The translations under genes and the position numbers were made by a program. The notes below the pieces were generated by a model. It saw nothing but the letters and a program-made list of their open reading frames with translations, did not search any database and was not told the DNA's origin. DNA of 64,000 nucleotides from Sphyrna mokarran (taxonomy: Eukaryota), in contig JAGIQG010000048.1 in NCBI GenBank assembly GCA_024679065.1, forward strand, positions 248,001 to 312,000. The letters are read 5' to 3'. Positions within the stretch are counted from its first letter, which is position 1; each line of letters begins with the position of its first letter. Positions 51,742-64,000 of the stretch are shown in pieces.

Positions 51742-52800
51742 TAGAACATAGAACATAGAACATTACAGCACAGAACAGGCCCTTCGGCCTTCGATGTTGT
51801 GCCGACCAAAATAAAAAGCAATGCCCCTCCAAACTAAACCATCCCCTTCTCTTCCATATACTTATCAATTAACCTCTTAAACGCCACCAAACTTGGCGCA
51901 TCTACAACTGCGGCAGGCAGGGCATTCCACTCCCTAATCACTCTTTGAGTAAAGAACCTACCTCTGATATCCGTCCTATAACTCATACCCCTTAATTTAA
52001 AGCTGTGTCCCCTCGTGCTAGCTTCTCCATCCTAGGAAAAAGGCTATCACTGTCCACCCTATCTAAACTCTAATCATCTTATATGCTTCAATAAGATCCC
52101 CTCTTAGCCGCCTCCTTTCTAACGAAAACAACCTCAAATCCTTCAACCTCTCTTCATAGGACCTGCCCTCCATACCAGGGCAACATCCTGGTAAACCTCC
52201 TCTGTACCCTCTCCAATGCCTCCACATCTTTCTTATAATGTGGGGACCAGAACTGCACACAATACTCCAAGTGCGCCGCACTAGAGTTTTGTACAGTTGC
52301 AACATGACGTTGCGGCTCCGAAATTCAATCCCCCTACCAATAAAAGCTAAGACTCCATATGCCTTCTTAACAACCTTCTCGACTTGACTGCTTACTTTCA
52401 GGGATCTATGCACATACACACCAAAATCCCTCTGTTCATCAACACTACTAAGAATCCTACCATTAGTCCTATACTCTATACATTTATTCTTCCTGCCATA
52501 GTGCATTACCTCACACTTTTCCACATTAAACTCCATTTGCCACCTCTCGGCCCAGCTCCGCAACTTGTCCAAGTCTCTCTGCAAACTATAACACCCCTCT
52601 TCACTATCTACCACTCCTCCGACTTTGGTGTCATCCGCAAATTTACTAATCCATACTTCAATACCCTCATCCAGATCATTTATAAAAATTACAAACAGCA
52701 GGGGCCCCAAAACAGATCCCTGAGGTACACCACTTGTCACCGAACTCCACGATGAATAACTCCCATCAACCACCACCCTCTGTCATCTATCTGCTAGCCA
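51742..52800 (-). mobile_element. 5'-truncated CR1 LINE (mirror; 237-aa RT ORF 52063-52776)
   Basis: SGVPQGSVLGPLLFVIFINDLD..KFADDTK. Confidence 0.95.
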
Positions 52801-53342
52801 AAATTTACCGGTAATTATTTCCCATCCCAGTGTTGTATTGGGTTGGGGAAATCATCATTGTTACTAACAAGGTGCCAGAGAATCGGGATACCTTTCTTTT
52901 CCCAAGGAAATGGAAAGCATGCATCAGCTTTCCAGATTTAAAAAAATCATTAAGTTAGCTCCAGTACTGTTACTAGGCAGATTTGTTCAGAAATAGGCTC
53001 CATTGACAATGCTGAGAGTTTGAAGTTTGATTGCAGCCAATCGCTCAGCACTGAGGAAACAGATTTTCGACTTACTGAACAAACAGCATCGGATGCTTCT
53101 TGTAAATATCTTGGCGTATTTGGGAGCAAATTGGACTGGAGCCAAATACTGCGTAGGACGGATTAACGTGGACATGTAGGGATAAAATGGGACTTAACCA
53201 GTCCCAGAATAAATACTTGATTCCCACAATAAAGACACGTTTTAAATGGTATTCACTCCAAGCAATATTTTCAGGGACTGTACTGTGATTAAACAGTAAC
53301 AGAAATGGGTAAATTGGATCGATCCATTTGTGTAGATCCATT

Positions 53343-53700
53343 TGGTGATCTAATTGAGGCGTATAAGATGATCAGAGGGTTAGATAGGGTGGATAGTGAG
53401 AGCATTTTTCCTCGAATGGAGAAAGCTAACACGAGGGGACATAGCTTTAAATTAAGGGGTGGTAGTTCTAGGACAGATGTTAGAGGTGGGTTCTTTACTC
53501 AGAGGGTGGTAAGGGCATGGAATGCCCTGCCTACAGCAGTTGTGGACTCACCAAGTTTAAGGGCGTTCAAATGGTCAGTGGATAGGCAGATGGATAGCAT
53601 GGGAATACTTTAGGATAGAGGGTCATAAAATTGGTTCCATTGGTCGGCGCAACATCGAGGGCTGAAGGGCCTGTTCTGTGCTGTAATGTTCTATGTTCTA
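53343..53700 (+). mobile_element. CR1 LINE 3' fragment (mirror)
   Basis: ORF 53305-53613 with CR1 C-terminus and TTCTATG tail. Confidence 0.9.
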
Positions 53701-56700
53701 ACTTCCAAATAAATGTCATTCTGATTTATTTCATAGTAAACTTGCTAGCTTTCGGTGTTTGTGCCTTCGTCAGGCGAATGAGGTGTTCTGGTCTGCAATA
53801 GCACACATATCAGCATAGACAGTTACAGATTGCTGATTAGAATGTGAATCCTTACACCTAACCTGCTATTCAAGTCTTAAAGTGGCTGACAATGTGAGTG
53901 GAAGGAGCACTGCGCACAGATTAGAGAGATGTGTATTGTCTCCAGACAGCACAGTAAGTGAGGTTTTTTGCTAACCCAGGCAAGTCGTGGGGGTTACAGA
54001 TAGCGTGACATGAAGCTAAGATCGTAATAACATGGAATCATAGAATCCCTACAGTTCAACAGGGAGGTCATTCATTCCAATAATCCTGCAGCGGGCTTTC
54101 CAGCAGAGCATCCCACCTAGGCAAATCTTCATTAGATCCAGACAACCACACATATTCATAGGCTAATCCACCAAACCTACACATTATTGGACACTAACAG
54201 GAAATTTAGCAAAGACAATTTACACTGGACCTGGGAAGGATGCTCTGCAGGGTAACTGGTGCAGGCTTGATGAATGGTCTCCTTCTGCACTGTAGGGATT
54301 CTATGATTCTACTTTGCGCATCATTGGAAGCTAAGGGGCAATTTATCACAGCCAATCCACCTAAACTGCAAATCCTGGGACTGTGAAAGGAAACTGGAGC
54401 ACTCGGAGGAAACCCACATGGATATGGATAGAATTTGAAAACCATACACAGTCACCCAGTGTTGGAATCGATCCCGCTTCCCTGTCGCCTGTGAGGCAGC
54501 AAAGCTAATTGTATCTCTTAGTGATAAGCACATTAGATTTTTTTACTCTTCCTTCACGTGAGTTTGATCAATATTTGTGACAGAAATACTTCAGACATCA
54601 GATTTTTTTAAAATTTAACTTGTCTAATTTAAACAGATCAAATCCTCAATCAAATTAACATTTAGTGGAATATCTGGCTGTTCACAAATGCTTTATTAAT
54701 TGTGACATCAGAACTTTCAGAACTAATTCTGAAATGGAATGTATCATTTTTTTTGAATTAAATGCAACTGGTGTTATAAATGTTCAAAAAGTTTCGATTC
54801 ATTTTGAACCAACCGTTAAAATTCTTAAAATAAACCACAATTTTGAATTGAAACTGATCAATAAGTGAGGGTTTATCTGGTTTTGTTGTCCCGGACATTT
54901 CATTGTAAACACTGAGGTATTTATGTAAATAAATACGAAAATAGAAATTCCGAATTAGATTGTTGACTGATAAAAACACAGCAAATATTTCCCCACCAAC
55001 ACAGCCCAGAAATAGAGACAACCATGCAAATCAATCAACGGATTCCAGTGAGGATTGTTTTCAACATTATTTCTTCATCAGTTATGTGAGGAAAAAAAAC
55101 ATCATGATGATATCTATGTTCAGAATTAAGGAATAATCCCTCTGATCCTAAATGTAATGACACAGCAAATGTGTTCCTGTAAATCTCCCTGTGTTTCATC
55201 TCTATCTCTGTCTTTCTCCTGTCTGTGTCCTGTCTCTCCAAAATGGTTCATTGTCTTAACTCCACAGCATAAAGTCCACGTCTGCCCAATGTCTTCTCTC
55301 AGCCAGAGTTACAGGCTTCTAAAATAATGTAATTCAATAAATTGCAATCTGTGACTGAGAATTACTCAAACAGATCTCTTGAGAAATCCATGATCTTGAA
55401 ATGCTTGATACATTTTCTTCTTCTTCTAACCTGGTGGTAAGGATTCAATGTGGAACTTTTCCCTATATTTAGCCAGTGCTGTCCCTGTCCTTGGAGTATT
55501 TGACCTGACAGAGTAGAGGAATATTTACTCTGCATCTCAACTCATTGTATTTGGCTTACGGACGTTTGATGCATCTTTGTCAAGGAAGATTTAATCCGTA
55601 TCTAATCTCTGCCATACCTGGCCTGGGTGTGTTTTGTGGAACTGTGCAGGCGGCTCTTTCCCCTATTCCTAACGCTAATTGAAACCTGCCTCCTGAATCT
55701 CTGAAGGGAGAGAGCAGGAGAGTTTTTACATAGAAGAGCATCCATGCCCTTTCTGCCTTAATATTGTTTGAACAGATTTGTAGACAGAGTTTCACTCTGT
55801 TTATAGACAGTAGACTGTTCTTGGAATGTTTGAATCGAAGGCGATTCACTTTGCATCCAAATCATGCTATTCCTGCTTTGGGAGTTATTCATTTGCCAGA
55901 GCAGAGGGGAAATTCCGCAGCTAACCCCGTGTTACTCCTGTCCTGTAAGTTTTCGATGGGACAGTAAACTGTCTCTACAAATTTGATGGGGATTGAACCA
56001 GTCTCTTTATATTACAGTAAATGTAGCCTGTGTCAGCTTATATGATAAGCCACATCCACTAGACCCTTTTTATCTAGCACGTAGAATTTTAAGTCTCTAC
56101 ACATAGTAAATTGGATGTATTATCTGTACTAAATTAGACACTGTTCCGGTTTATGTTCCTGTTTATATTAAACTAGATGTTAATTGTGTTTATATTATTT
56201 TAGATCTGTCTCTGTTTGTATCAAACTAGATGCAGTTTTACTTCTGTAATTGACCGTCTCCATGTTTTTATTGGATTGGGACATGGGCTCAGTTTTTATT
56301 GCACTGGTCAAGGGCAGTAATGATGAAACTAGCTGGCAGAACACAAATCTCTGCATCCTTCTACAAATGCAAACTCTATCAGGTTTTGAACAGTGGAAAA
56401 GAAGAAGCGATATCTGAAATCTACTTCTGCTGACTGCATTGAAAATGGATATCAAGTCTTGTGCACTGTCAATGAAAAACAAAAGAAAAGCAAATTACAG
56501 CACAATAAAATACTGGTGAACCAATATGCCTGGTTCTGCATCTTGCCTGATTGCAATCTTTTTTATCCCAACATATGATTTGTTTTTCTCACAAAACAGT
56601 GGAGTAAAACCAACATAATTCAAAGAGAGGCGTAGTTAAGTGCAGGAACAAAATTGACCCCGTCTAGTGAGAGAAATACAGGGTCAGTATCAAATATACA

Positions 56701-59700
56701 TAACCAGAGAGAATGCCGTGTGCAATGTAAACTGAGCTCTGGTCCAGCAGAGTATTAACAGAGCCAGACTTATTTTAATATAAACGGGGGCCTGATACAA
56801 GAAAATAGAAGTGAGTTAGTGCCGAGTCGGGGGGTGGTCAAATGTCAAATCCCAATGACACCCAGATCCCGTGAATGAAACATATTGAAAAATGACAATG
56901 CCAAGGGAAATAAAACTGAGACAGTGTCTCACACACACAGTTTTACTGATATAGGAACTTCTTAGCATGAACTGAGACAGCGCCGAGTAATTAATGATCC
57001 TGGAGCAAATAAGGAGAATGTCAAAATAAAGTTCAGAAAGAGAGTAATTCTTTTCACCAATTACAATCTGTTTGCAATTTAATCATTTCATTCATCAGCT
57101 CTTATTCATACAGAAAGAGGAGTATATTTAAAATGACTTTAAAGTCGGAAGGCGATGTTGTCGAGGCCCCCACTTATTCCCCATTGCCAGCTGCATTCGG
57201 CAAGCTGGTGGGGAGCCGCCTTATTCAATTGCTGCAGAACCTGCAGTGTAGGTACACCGACAGTGCTCTTAGGGAGGATTCCCCCCAGATCCCGAGGCAG
57301 CGTTAGGAAAGGATTGGTCCAAGTGGGGCTTGTGAGTATCTTGGAGAGGAATTTATAAGCGAGGTTGTTCCAATTCTCCAGTTAACATCAATTCATAAAA
57401 TTAGATCACCAATTATGTTCATCAGTTTGATCAAAGCAAAATACTGCAGATTCTGGAAACTCAAACAAAAATAATGAATGTTGGAAAATCTCAACGGGTC
57501 TGATAGCATCTGTGGAGAGAGAATAGAAACAAAGTTTCCAGTCAGTGAGATTTTTTTTTATTTGGAGGAAATTGAAGAGAGTAATGAAATTGAGAAATGA
57601 TGTGAGTGGATAGGGATTAGGATTTTTTTAAGGATATAGTTCGTGATTGAGTTGTTGATTAGGTTAGGATAAAGAAATTTGTTCTGATATTTGGGATCAC
57701 TCTGTGAATTGATGCAGCTTGTGTTTGTCTGAAATAGTATCTACTATTTCTGTTATTCCCATCTCACAGGAAATTTATCTGGCTTTTCTGACACTATGAT
57801 TATGTCTCCAAAGCATCAGGAATTCTCTGCCGAAGCGTCATCCAGATTTGAAACAAAGGATCTGTTCTGCCTCCACAGATGTTACTGAGATAATCCAGTA
57901 TTTTCTGTTCATTTTCAGTATTTCCTTCTGTATAATTGCACTTTGCTTCGTATCATTTATTGGTATTAAAACTTATAGACAATATATTGGCTTTTTTGCC
58001 ACCAAGGAATAAAATCCGTCCCAGAATTCAGTGGGGAATGGAATTAATTCAGATGGAGGAGAATGAACCAGCAGCCTCTGCACTTCATTGACAAGTCAGC
58101 ACCTCATCATCACACAGAAAGTCCTGATACAAAGCTGGGTGGGTTTCAAAGTGATGATATAAATGGAGTCACCTGTACCTCATGTGAAGTTACCAAATCT
58201 TTAAATTCCGATTCATTATTTCACTGTTTTGGGAAGTAATGTCACACCTGTAGTTGGCCAGTGAGTTTCACAAATATTTCTGTTGTTGCCGTATTTACTT
58301 TTCGCCCTGTTGCCTTCACTAATTTGGGTGAGGCCATGTTGATTGATTCGATGAAAGAGTCAGTATTTTGTACAGTACAATCATCCCTCCTCAACTACAT
58401 GATGCTCCTTCTTCCTGTCTTGGATACGAAGATTCAACATCAGCAGAGAAATGAACCATCTGAGCCCCAGGACCATCTCCTCCTTCTCTTTGCGAGGATC
58501 AGCTTGCAAACTCCCGAGAAACTCGGGATGGATTTCACCCAGACACTCTGGAAGGAGTGAAAGCATTAGACGGACAAAAATTGAATGAAGAAATTGAATT
58601 GAATTAAATAGCTAACTCTTTAATATCTTCGAAAGTGTCCCAGAAAAACAATCAATTTAGGGGAATTTGGGAAAGGCAAAAAGTGTCGGTGTTTCCAACC
58701 AAACATCCCAGGGAAAGATAAAAGGAAATAAAATATAAATGTGCATGTTCAAATATAACAACATATAAGCTCTCTGTGAGCCACTTTTCCATCTGCCTGT
58801 GATTCTTTCTATCCGTCCATCACAATCTCCTCATGTATAAATCATCACTGTTATTAATAAGGTGCCAAAGAAGGTGTATATTAATCCCTTCTTTAGAGAT
58901 GGCAACACATCATCTCGATTTATAACTTCCAAAAATTCAAGTGCCCCCCGCACTGTTGCTGGGTAGATTTGTTTATAAATAGTCCACACTGACAACGTGA
59001 AGAGTTTCAAGTTGACTTGCAGCCAAGCGGTCAGTACTGAGGAAACAGATCTTTGATCTACTGCACAAACCCGCCCAGATGCTTCCTGTCAATAACTGAG
59101 TATCTGACAGCAGCCTGGAGTGCTGCCAAATACTGCGTGGCACAGATTAGCGTGAACCTGAATGGACAAAACCGGATTCAGACATTTTAATAATAAATGT
59201 TTCATTCCCTCAAGAAAATGGTAATCATTCTAATCAAGCATTTTCATTCAATGCCCTGTTCGTTATGTGAGTAAATAGTATCACTAAACAATAAAGTCAC
59301 CTTTTTTTCCAATTGTATAGTTTCCAGGTAAATTTCATTCTATTAATTAATGTGTATTAACCACATCATGAAATGAGAGAGAGAGAGATGTTGATGGTAA
59401 CAGTTCCCCAGTGAATTGAAATATTAAACCAGCAACATAAAACTGACATGAACAACGGCGATTCCTGTAATATTGTGAAAGTTCTGCACCCTATTAAAAC
59501 TCAGTAAGAATTTAGCAACACCAATTATTAATCCAACTGATTTATTTGATAGTAAATCCAGAACACTGTACTTGCCTGAGGAAGACACACGAGTGTTGAA
59601 AACTCGCGGATTTACTATCAAATAAATCGGTTGGATTAATAATTGGTGTTGCTAAATTCTTACTGAGTTCTTACTACCCCAATCCAACGCCGGCATCTTT

Positions 59701-60617
59701 ACATCATGACCCCTATTAAAACAGCAGCATCTCTTGTAGCTGATTTGCACCGTGTTTTATTGTACAGTATAAGCTGATTTCTGTTATTAAAGAGTTCCTC
59801 TCGTAGTTGCCAATGAGTGGAGAAATGATCATTTCATAAGCTGCTTGAATGGAAGATAAAACATTTATTCTTGTGACATTGTGCAATGTGCAATGTGTGT
59901 TCCTGATACCAGCGAATGTTAGACAGCCGGTGGCCAATAGAATGAGCTGCAATGATTTGGATGCTGAAGGAGAACTTTAATGATCTTCGTGTGCATTCCA
60001 ATTCATTCACTTCTCAGTCAAAAATCAATTTAATGTTATGTTTCTCTGTCAATTAATTATATAATTCTCAGGAATTCATATTATTTTCAGAGGGCTGTCT
60101 TCCAGATTGGGACAGGTTGAAAAAAAATACAAGGAAAATACTGTGTGAGCTGTTTCTCATCTTCAAACCTGAATCCACACTGGAAATACAATCACTTTGT
60201 ATATTCCACACATTTAGTTCCAGAAATCGACGCTATTTCTTCGGATAAATTGTGTTTTATTATCCCAATGTGGCAGAGACACGGAATTGTTGCAAAATTG
60301 TCTAATTTCCCCAAATGTGATTCCATCATTTTTCGATTTGTTTTCTTGTTGGGGGCGGGGTAATAAAATCACCGTATTTACAACGGAATTGGTCATTTTA
60401 ATAAATAAATGATGAATTGTAATATCACCATCAGGAATAATCCATGAACAGATTCAGCCAAACAAATAGTCCGACACAGATCAAATGTCCATTTGAGTAT
60501 GAATTCTTGTCAATCTGGGAAGTCCATTCTATCTGGGGGTGTGGAAGGTGGATCCAGGCGCCGCCTCCAGCAGGGAATCAACAGGCGGTGCCCGGAAAGC
60601 CGTCCCCTTCTACCGGC

Positions 60618-60625
60618 TATTTAAA
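60618..60625 (+). promoter_or_regulatory. TATA-like box of right VH promoter
   Basis: TATTTAAA about 90-100 nt upstream of ATG 60717. Confidence 0.6.
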
Positions 60626-60716
60626 TACCGCTCACTGGCACCGCAATCCAACAGCCCGGGAGCTGGTTTGTTCACTGAGTTCCTGACACAACCATTTCCC
60701 CCAAATCACCAGAAAG

Positions 60717-61192
60717 ATGAGGTCGGCGATTTGTCTCAGTTTGTTGCTGACTTTCTTATCCGGTGAGTAGTTTATTTTCATTGTCCAAGACTTTCATTTC
60801 ACTGTCTCAATGTTAGTCTATCTCTGGAATGCTCCAGAATCATTCCACCAGGATTAACCCTTAGAATTTTTGATTTTTTATTTACAGGTGTCCAGTCGGA
60901 GGTTGTGTTGACCCAGAAAGAGGCAGAGACCGTCCGTCCCGGAGCATCCCTGAAACTGACCTGTAAAACCAGCGGCTTTAACCTTGGCGACTATTACATG
61001 GCTTGGATCCGGCAGGTTCCCGGACAGGGACTGGAGTGGCTGGTTAGCTACTATAGTTCATCCAGCAACGATTACGCCCCCGGAATTGAGGGCCGATTTA
61101 CGGCGTCCAAAGACACTTCAAACAACATCTTCTCTTTGGAGATGTTGCGTCTAAGGATTGAAGACACCGCCATCTATTACTGTGCAAGAGAC
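60717..61192 (+). CDS. IGHV: Immunoglobulin heavy-chain V gene segment, IgM-type, germline (leader exon 60717-60762, intron 60763-60887, V exon 60888-61192)
   Basis: Leader and V exon match the left copy base for base by eye. Open frame, intact splice sites. Confidence 0.97.
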
Positions 61193-61231
61193 CACAGCGA
61201 GAGGAACCAGGGCTGGAACTGTACAAGGACA
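61193..61231 (+). promoter_or_regulatory. V 23-RSS, right cluster
   Basis: CACAGCG-23-ACAAGGACA. Confidence 0.92.
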
Positions 61232-61585
61232 ACTGCAGAGGGAATTCAGCATCTTCCTCCGTAACCTGAAGGTCATCGTCTGCTTCAAATGCAATATGAT
61301 CGACTGTGGTCAGAACCAAACTATAATCGCCTTTAAATAAAGTAACACAAAGCATTTCACAGTAAAACTTCACAAACTCACGGATATACCTGGTGAGCTT
61401 TTCACCGACTTTATATTCATTGGAGTGTCAGCAGGAACGACACTCCAATATGTTAGTCTTCTTAATATTTCTGACAGACTGTGTTATAGAAACATTTCGC
61501 ATTAGAGCAAAACTAATGGTCCATTTGAAGTGAATATTGAACAGTAGGACTGAATGCAGTTTTTGTATGGCTTTGTGTCACTGTG

Positions 61586-61601
61586 ATACTATATAGTGGG
61601 T
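61586..61601 (+). CDS. IGHD: IgH D1 segment ATACTATATAGTGGGT (12-RSS 61558-61585; 22-RSS 61602-61639)
   Basis: AGTTTTTGT-12-CACTGTG | D | CACTGTG-22-ACAAAAACC. Confidence 0.95.
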
Positions 61602-61965
61602 CACTGTGCTGTGAAAAACGACATCCTCATACAAAAACCTCAGAGGGACATTGCTTACAATGCCACTGCCGAATGCCAGACTAAATGAGGGTTCAACAAA
61701 ATAATAGGTAGAAACAGCATTGTTTTTTGTTTTAAGATGTAAAATGCTTCAATTTTATTGTTGTTGTTGTTGTTTTGCACGCTGAATGTGCACAGATAGT
61801 GTAAAAGTTTCTAATTCCCCTTTATCAATATCATGACCAGTAAAAATTGAAATATCTCACTCTTACCGAGCTGGAAACAGGCTTTTGAAATTGCAGTGAA
61901 ATTAATTATCTGCATTTTACAGTTAACAGTCTGTCTCAGTATTTGTCATGCTGTGTCTCACTGTG

Positions 61966-61978
61966 ATGGCTGGTATAG
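61966..61978 (+). CDS. IGHD: IgH D2 segment ATGGCTGGTATAG (12-RSS 61938-61965; 12-RSS 61979-62006)
   Basis: AGTATTTGT-12-CACTGTG | D | CACAGCA-12-ACAAAAACC. Confidence 0.95.
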
Positions 61979-62371
61979 CACAGCAGTTACTGTCAATACA
62001 AAAACCCCTCAGCACTGATTTGATTGAAGCTGGATCAGTGTCACTTTTAAATTCCAGCTTTAATCACAGGACAGTATTATTTATATCCAGCACAGACCAC
62101 CTGAGAAAAATAAACATGGAAAATCTTGATAATTTCTCAATTATTAATTGGTGTTTTCGATAACACGTTCATGAATTACTCTGAAATATAAAACATTAGG
62201 GTCATTTATAAATATCAAATGGTATCCAGAAATCCAAAATTATAATTTACTGAACATTAAATGACTTTGTTTTTCCTTGGGTTTGTGGATATTTAAAATA
62301 ATGGTGCTTGCGTGTCTATTTAGTGCAGAGACGGTTATTGTATGACACAGCCCTGGGAATGTGACACTGTG

Positions 62372-62419
62372 ACTACTTCGATTACTGGGGACAAGGGACC
62401 ATGGTGACGGTGACTTCAG
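62372..62419 (+). CDS. IGHJ: IgH J segment YFDYWGQGTMVTVTS (23-RSS 62333-62371)
   Basis: GGTTATTGT-23-CACTGTG, WGQG motif, G|GTAAG donor. Confidence 0.97.
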
Positions 62420-64000
62420 GTAAGAACCATCACTTACTGAATAACTGGTTTAAATGTGTCTTTGTTTTATAATTTTTATCTGTACTAATAATCCATTTGG
62501 TAACATAAATATGCGTTCGGTGGATTCTCCGTCGAGAATTTTTACAACGTTTTCTATGATTCTGCTGCAAAGGGGTTTTAGAATTCCGCTCTTCCTTGAC
62601 AGTGGGTGCTGCTGAGGGCTTCAATCCCAAATTGTTGTGATTTTGTGTTTGTCTGTTGAGGTTACTGTGTGGCTGGGTGACTTTACAAGCCGAACATCTG
62701 TTAAACAATTCAGCGTTTCTGCAATGTTTAATCTTGGTGACATCTGGTGGCTACGGGTTGTACAAGTGTTTGAAATTTAAACCTCAACTTAAAAACAAAA
62801 TCTCATTTCTAAATTGATCCAGTGAAAATGTTCCCCTCTCTCTCAATGCTGTCCAATATTTCTGCTTATTGGAAACATTGATTAGTTTGGTGGGGGGCGA
62901 ATTGGCTGGAATTTACAGTAAACATTTCTGTAAATGTTACATTTCTTTCTGCTGGAAGTGTTTGCAGAACTGTGCTGCTTCTGCATGAAGCGGGGTTCAG
63001 TCTCTCAGTGGTGAGTTTGTGCCTGAGTGACTTTAAAGACGTAAAAATTGTGACTTAATTTGGTGTTTCTGCGTCGTTTGAACTCAGTGAGACTGAATTG
63101 TGACACGTTTTGTGATTGAGTACAAACATACTGCTGTTTGCCACTGCTTGACGCAGAACTGCAGACAGAAATGAAGCAGGCTTTATTGTATGCCTAGTTT
63201 TAAAAATCTTTAGTGATAATGGCTTACACCACTCGTTCAGAACATAGTTTGTCACAGTTGGGGGTATCTGCAATGTTTAATCTCGGTGGCATTTGATGGC
63301 TGGAACTTATACCATCCAAATGTTTAAATATGTTTGAAATATGACCCAATAGGAATAAAATGTGATAAAATTTCCATACTAATTTGTTGGGTATATTCTC
63401 GCAATGCTATTGCTATTATTCCAGATTTCTGTTTGATTTAATAATTGTTTAAGAGCTGGTTTGCTAGATTCGATATTGAGATTTTTATTTTGCAATGTTA
63501 CATTTGATTGTGTTGAATAGATAATTGAGCTGCTTTTCTATGAGACGGATTCATTGTGTTTTGTTGTGTTTCTGTGGAGGAGATTCTGTGGGTGGGTCAC
63601 TGTGAATGTTTAAAATGTGTGAAATGGTTTAGTTTTGTGGCACTATTGCTGCTGCGTTGTTTAAATAGTGTTTTAACGGTGCCGTTGAGAGCTTAGATGT
63701 TTTCTGGTTGAACATAAACAATCTGAGTTTGAAAATCCCTGTCGGGAGAAAACAAGCAAGTTTGGGGGAAAAAACCTGGAAGATATCACAGCGTTTTTAT
63801 AAATTTTAACAAATTCAAGTAAATCCTGACTTATTCGCTCATTCGGAGACTAAATCGTTGCTGCAAATACCAACTTTTCATTAACAAGTTTAATAGTAAA
63901 ATTAATATAAATCAGAGAATCATTAATTGGTAATATAACTCCATATTCATCACAGATTATTTTACATTGAGTTAGCAAGAATCCTCTTTAATAGCTTTGC

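Larger units (their letters stand above)
34447..64000. repeat. Right arm of giant inverted repeat (runs off the window end)
   Basis: Begins AGTGTCAGTGACCTGGGATGAAGCA (revcomp of 33301-33325). The last bases AATAGCTTTGC match 3786-3796 reversed. Confidence 0.97.

Noticed and set aside
52063-52776. 237-aa reverse transcriptase ORF as a functional gene
   Set aside because: 5'-truncated CR1 that frameshifts after LYKTLVR; no endonuclease or ORF1.

Overview
Vertebrate genomic DNA. The repeat content (CR1 LINEs, V-SINEs, Deu-SINE, Penelope-like elements) and the gene organisation point to a cartilaginous fish. Almost the whole window is one giant inverted duplication: left arm about 3786-33325, a 1121-bp spacer made largely of transposon fragments (33326-34446), and right arm 34447 to the window edge. 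The arms are roughly 99% identical by eye. Each arm carries an intact, unrearranged cluster-type immunoglobulin heavy-chain minilocus (leader-V, D1, D2, J; IgM-type V; RSS spacers 23 / 12-22 / 12-12 / 23). The two are head-to-head, transcribe outward, and their start codons are about 53.7 kb apart. No C exons are in the window. tRNA-Thr(UGU) and tRNA-Glu(UUC) copies flank the spacer and face it. The rest is TE debris, degenerate tandem repeats and an older tandem duplication. Points of interest: a CTCF-like motif just 3' of each J (a convergent pair), J-polarity cryptic RSSs in the J-C intron, a single D2 difference between otherwise identical clusters, uneven arm divergence and several hairpins. 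Whether the palindrome is real or an assembly artefact needs read-level confirmation. Most ORF-track entries are spurious or LINE fragments.
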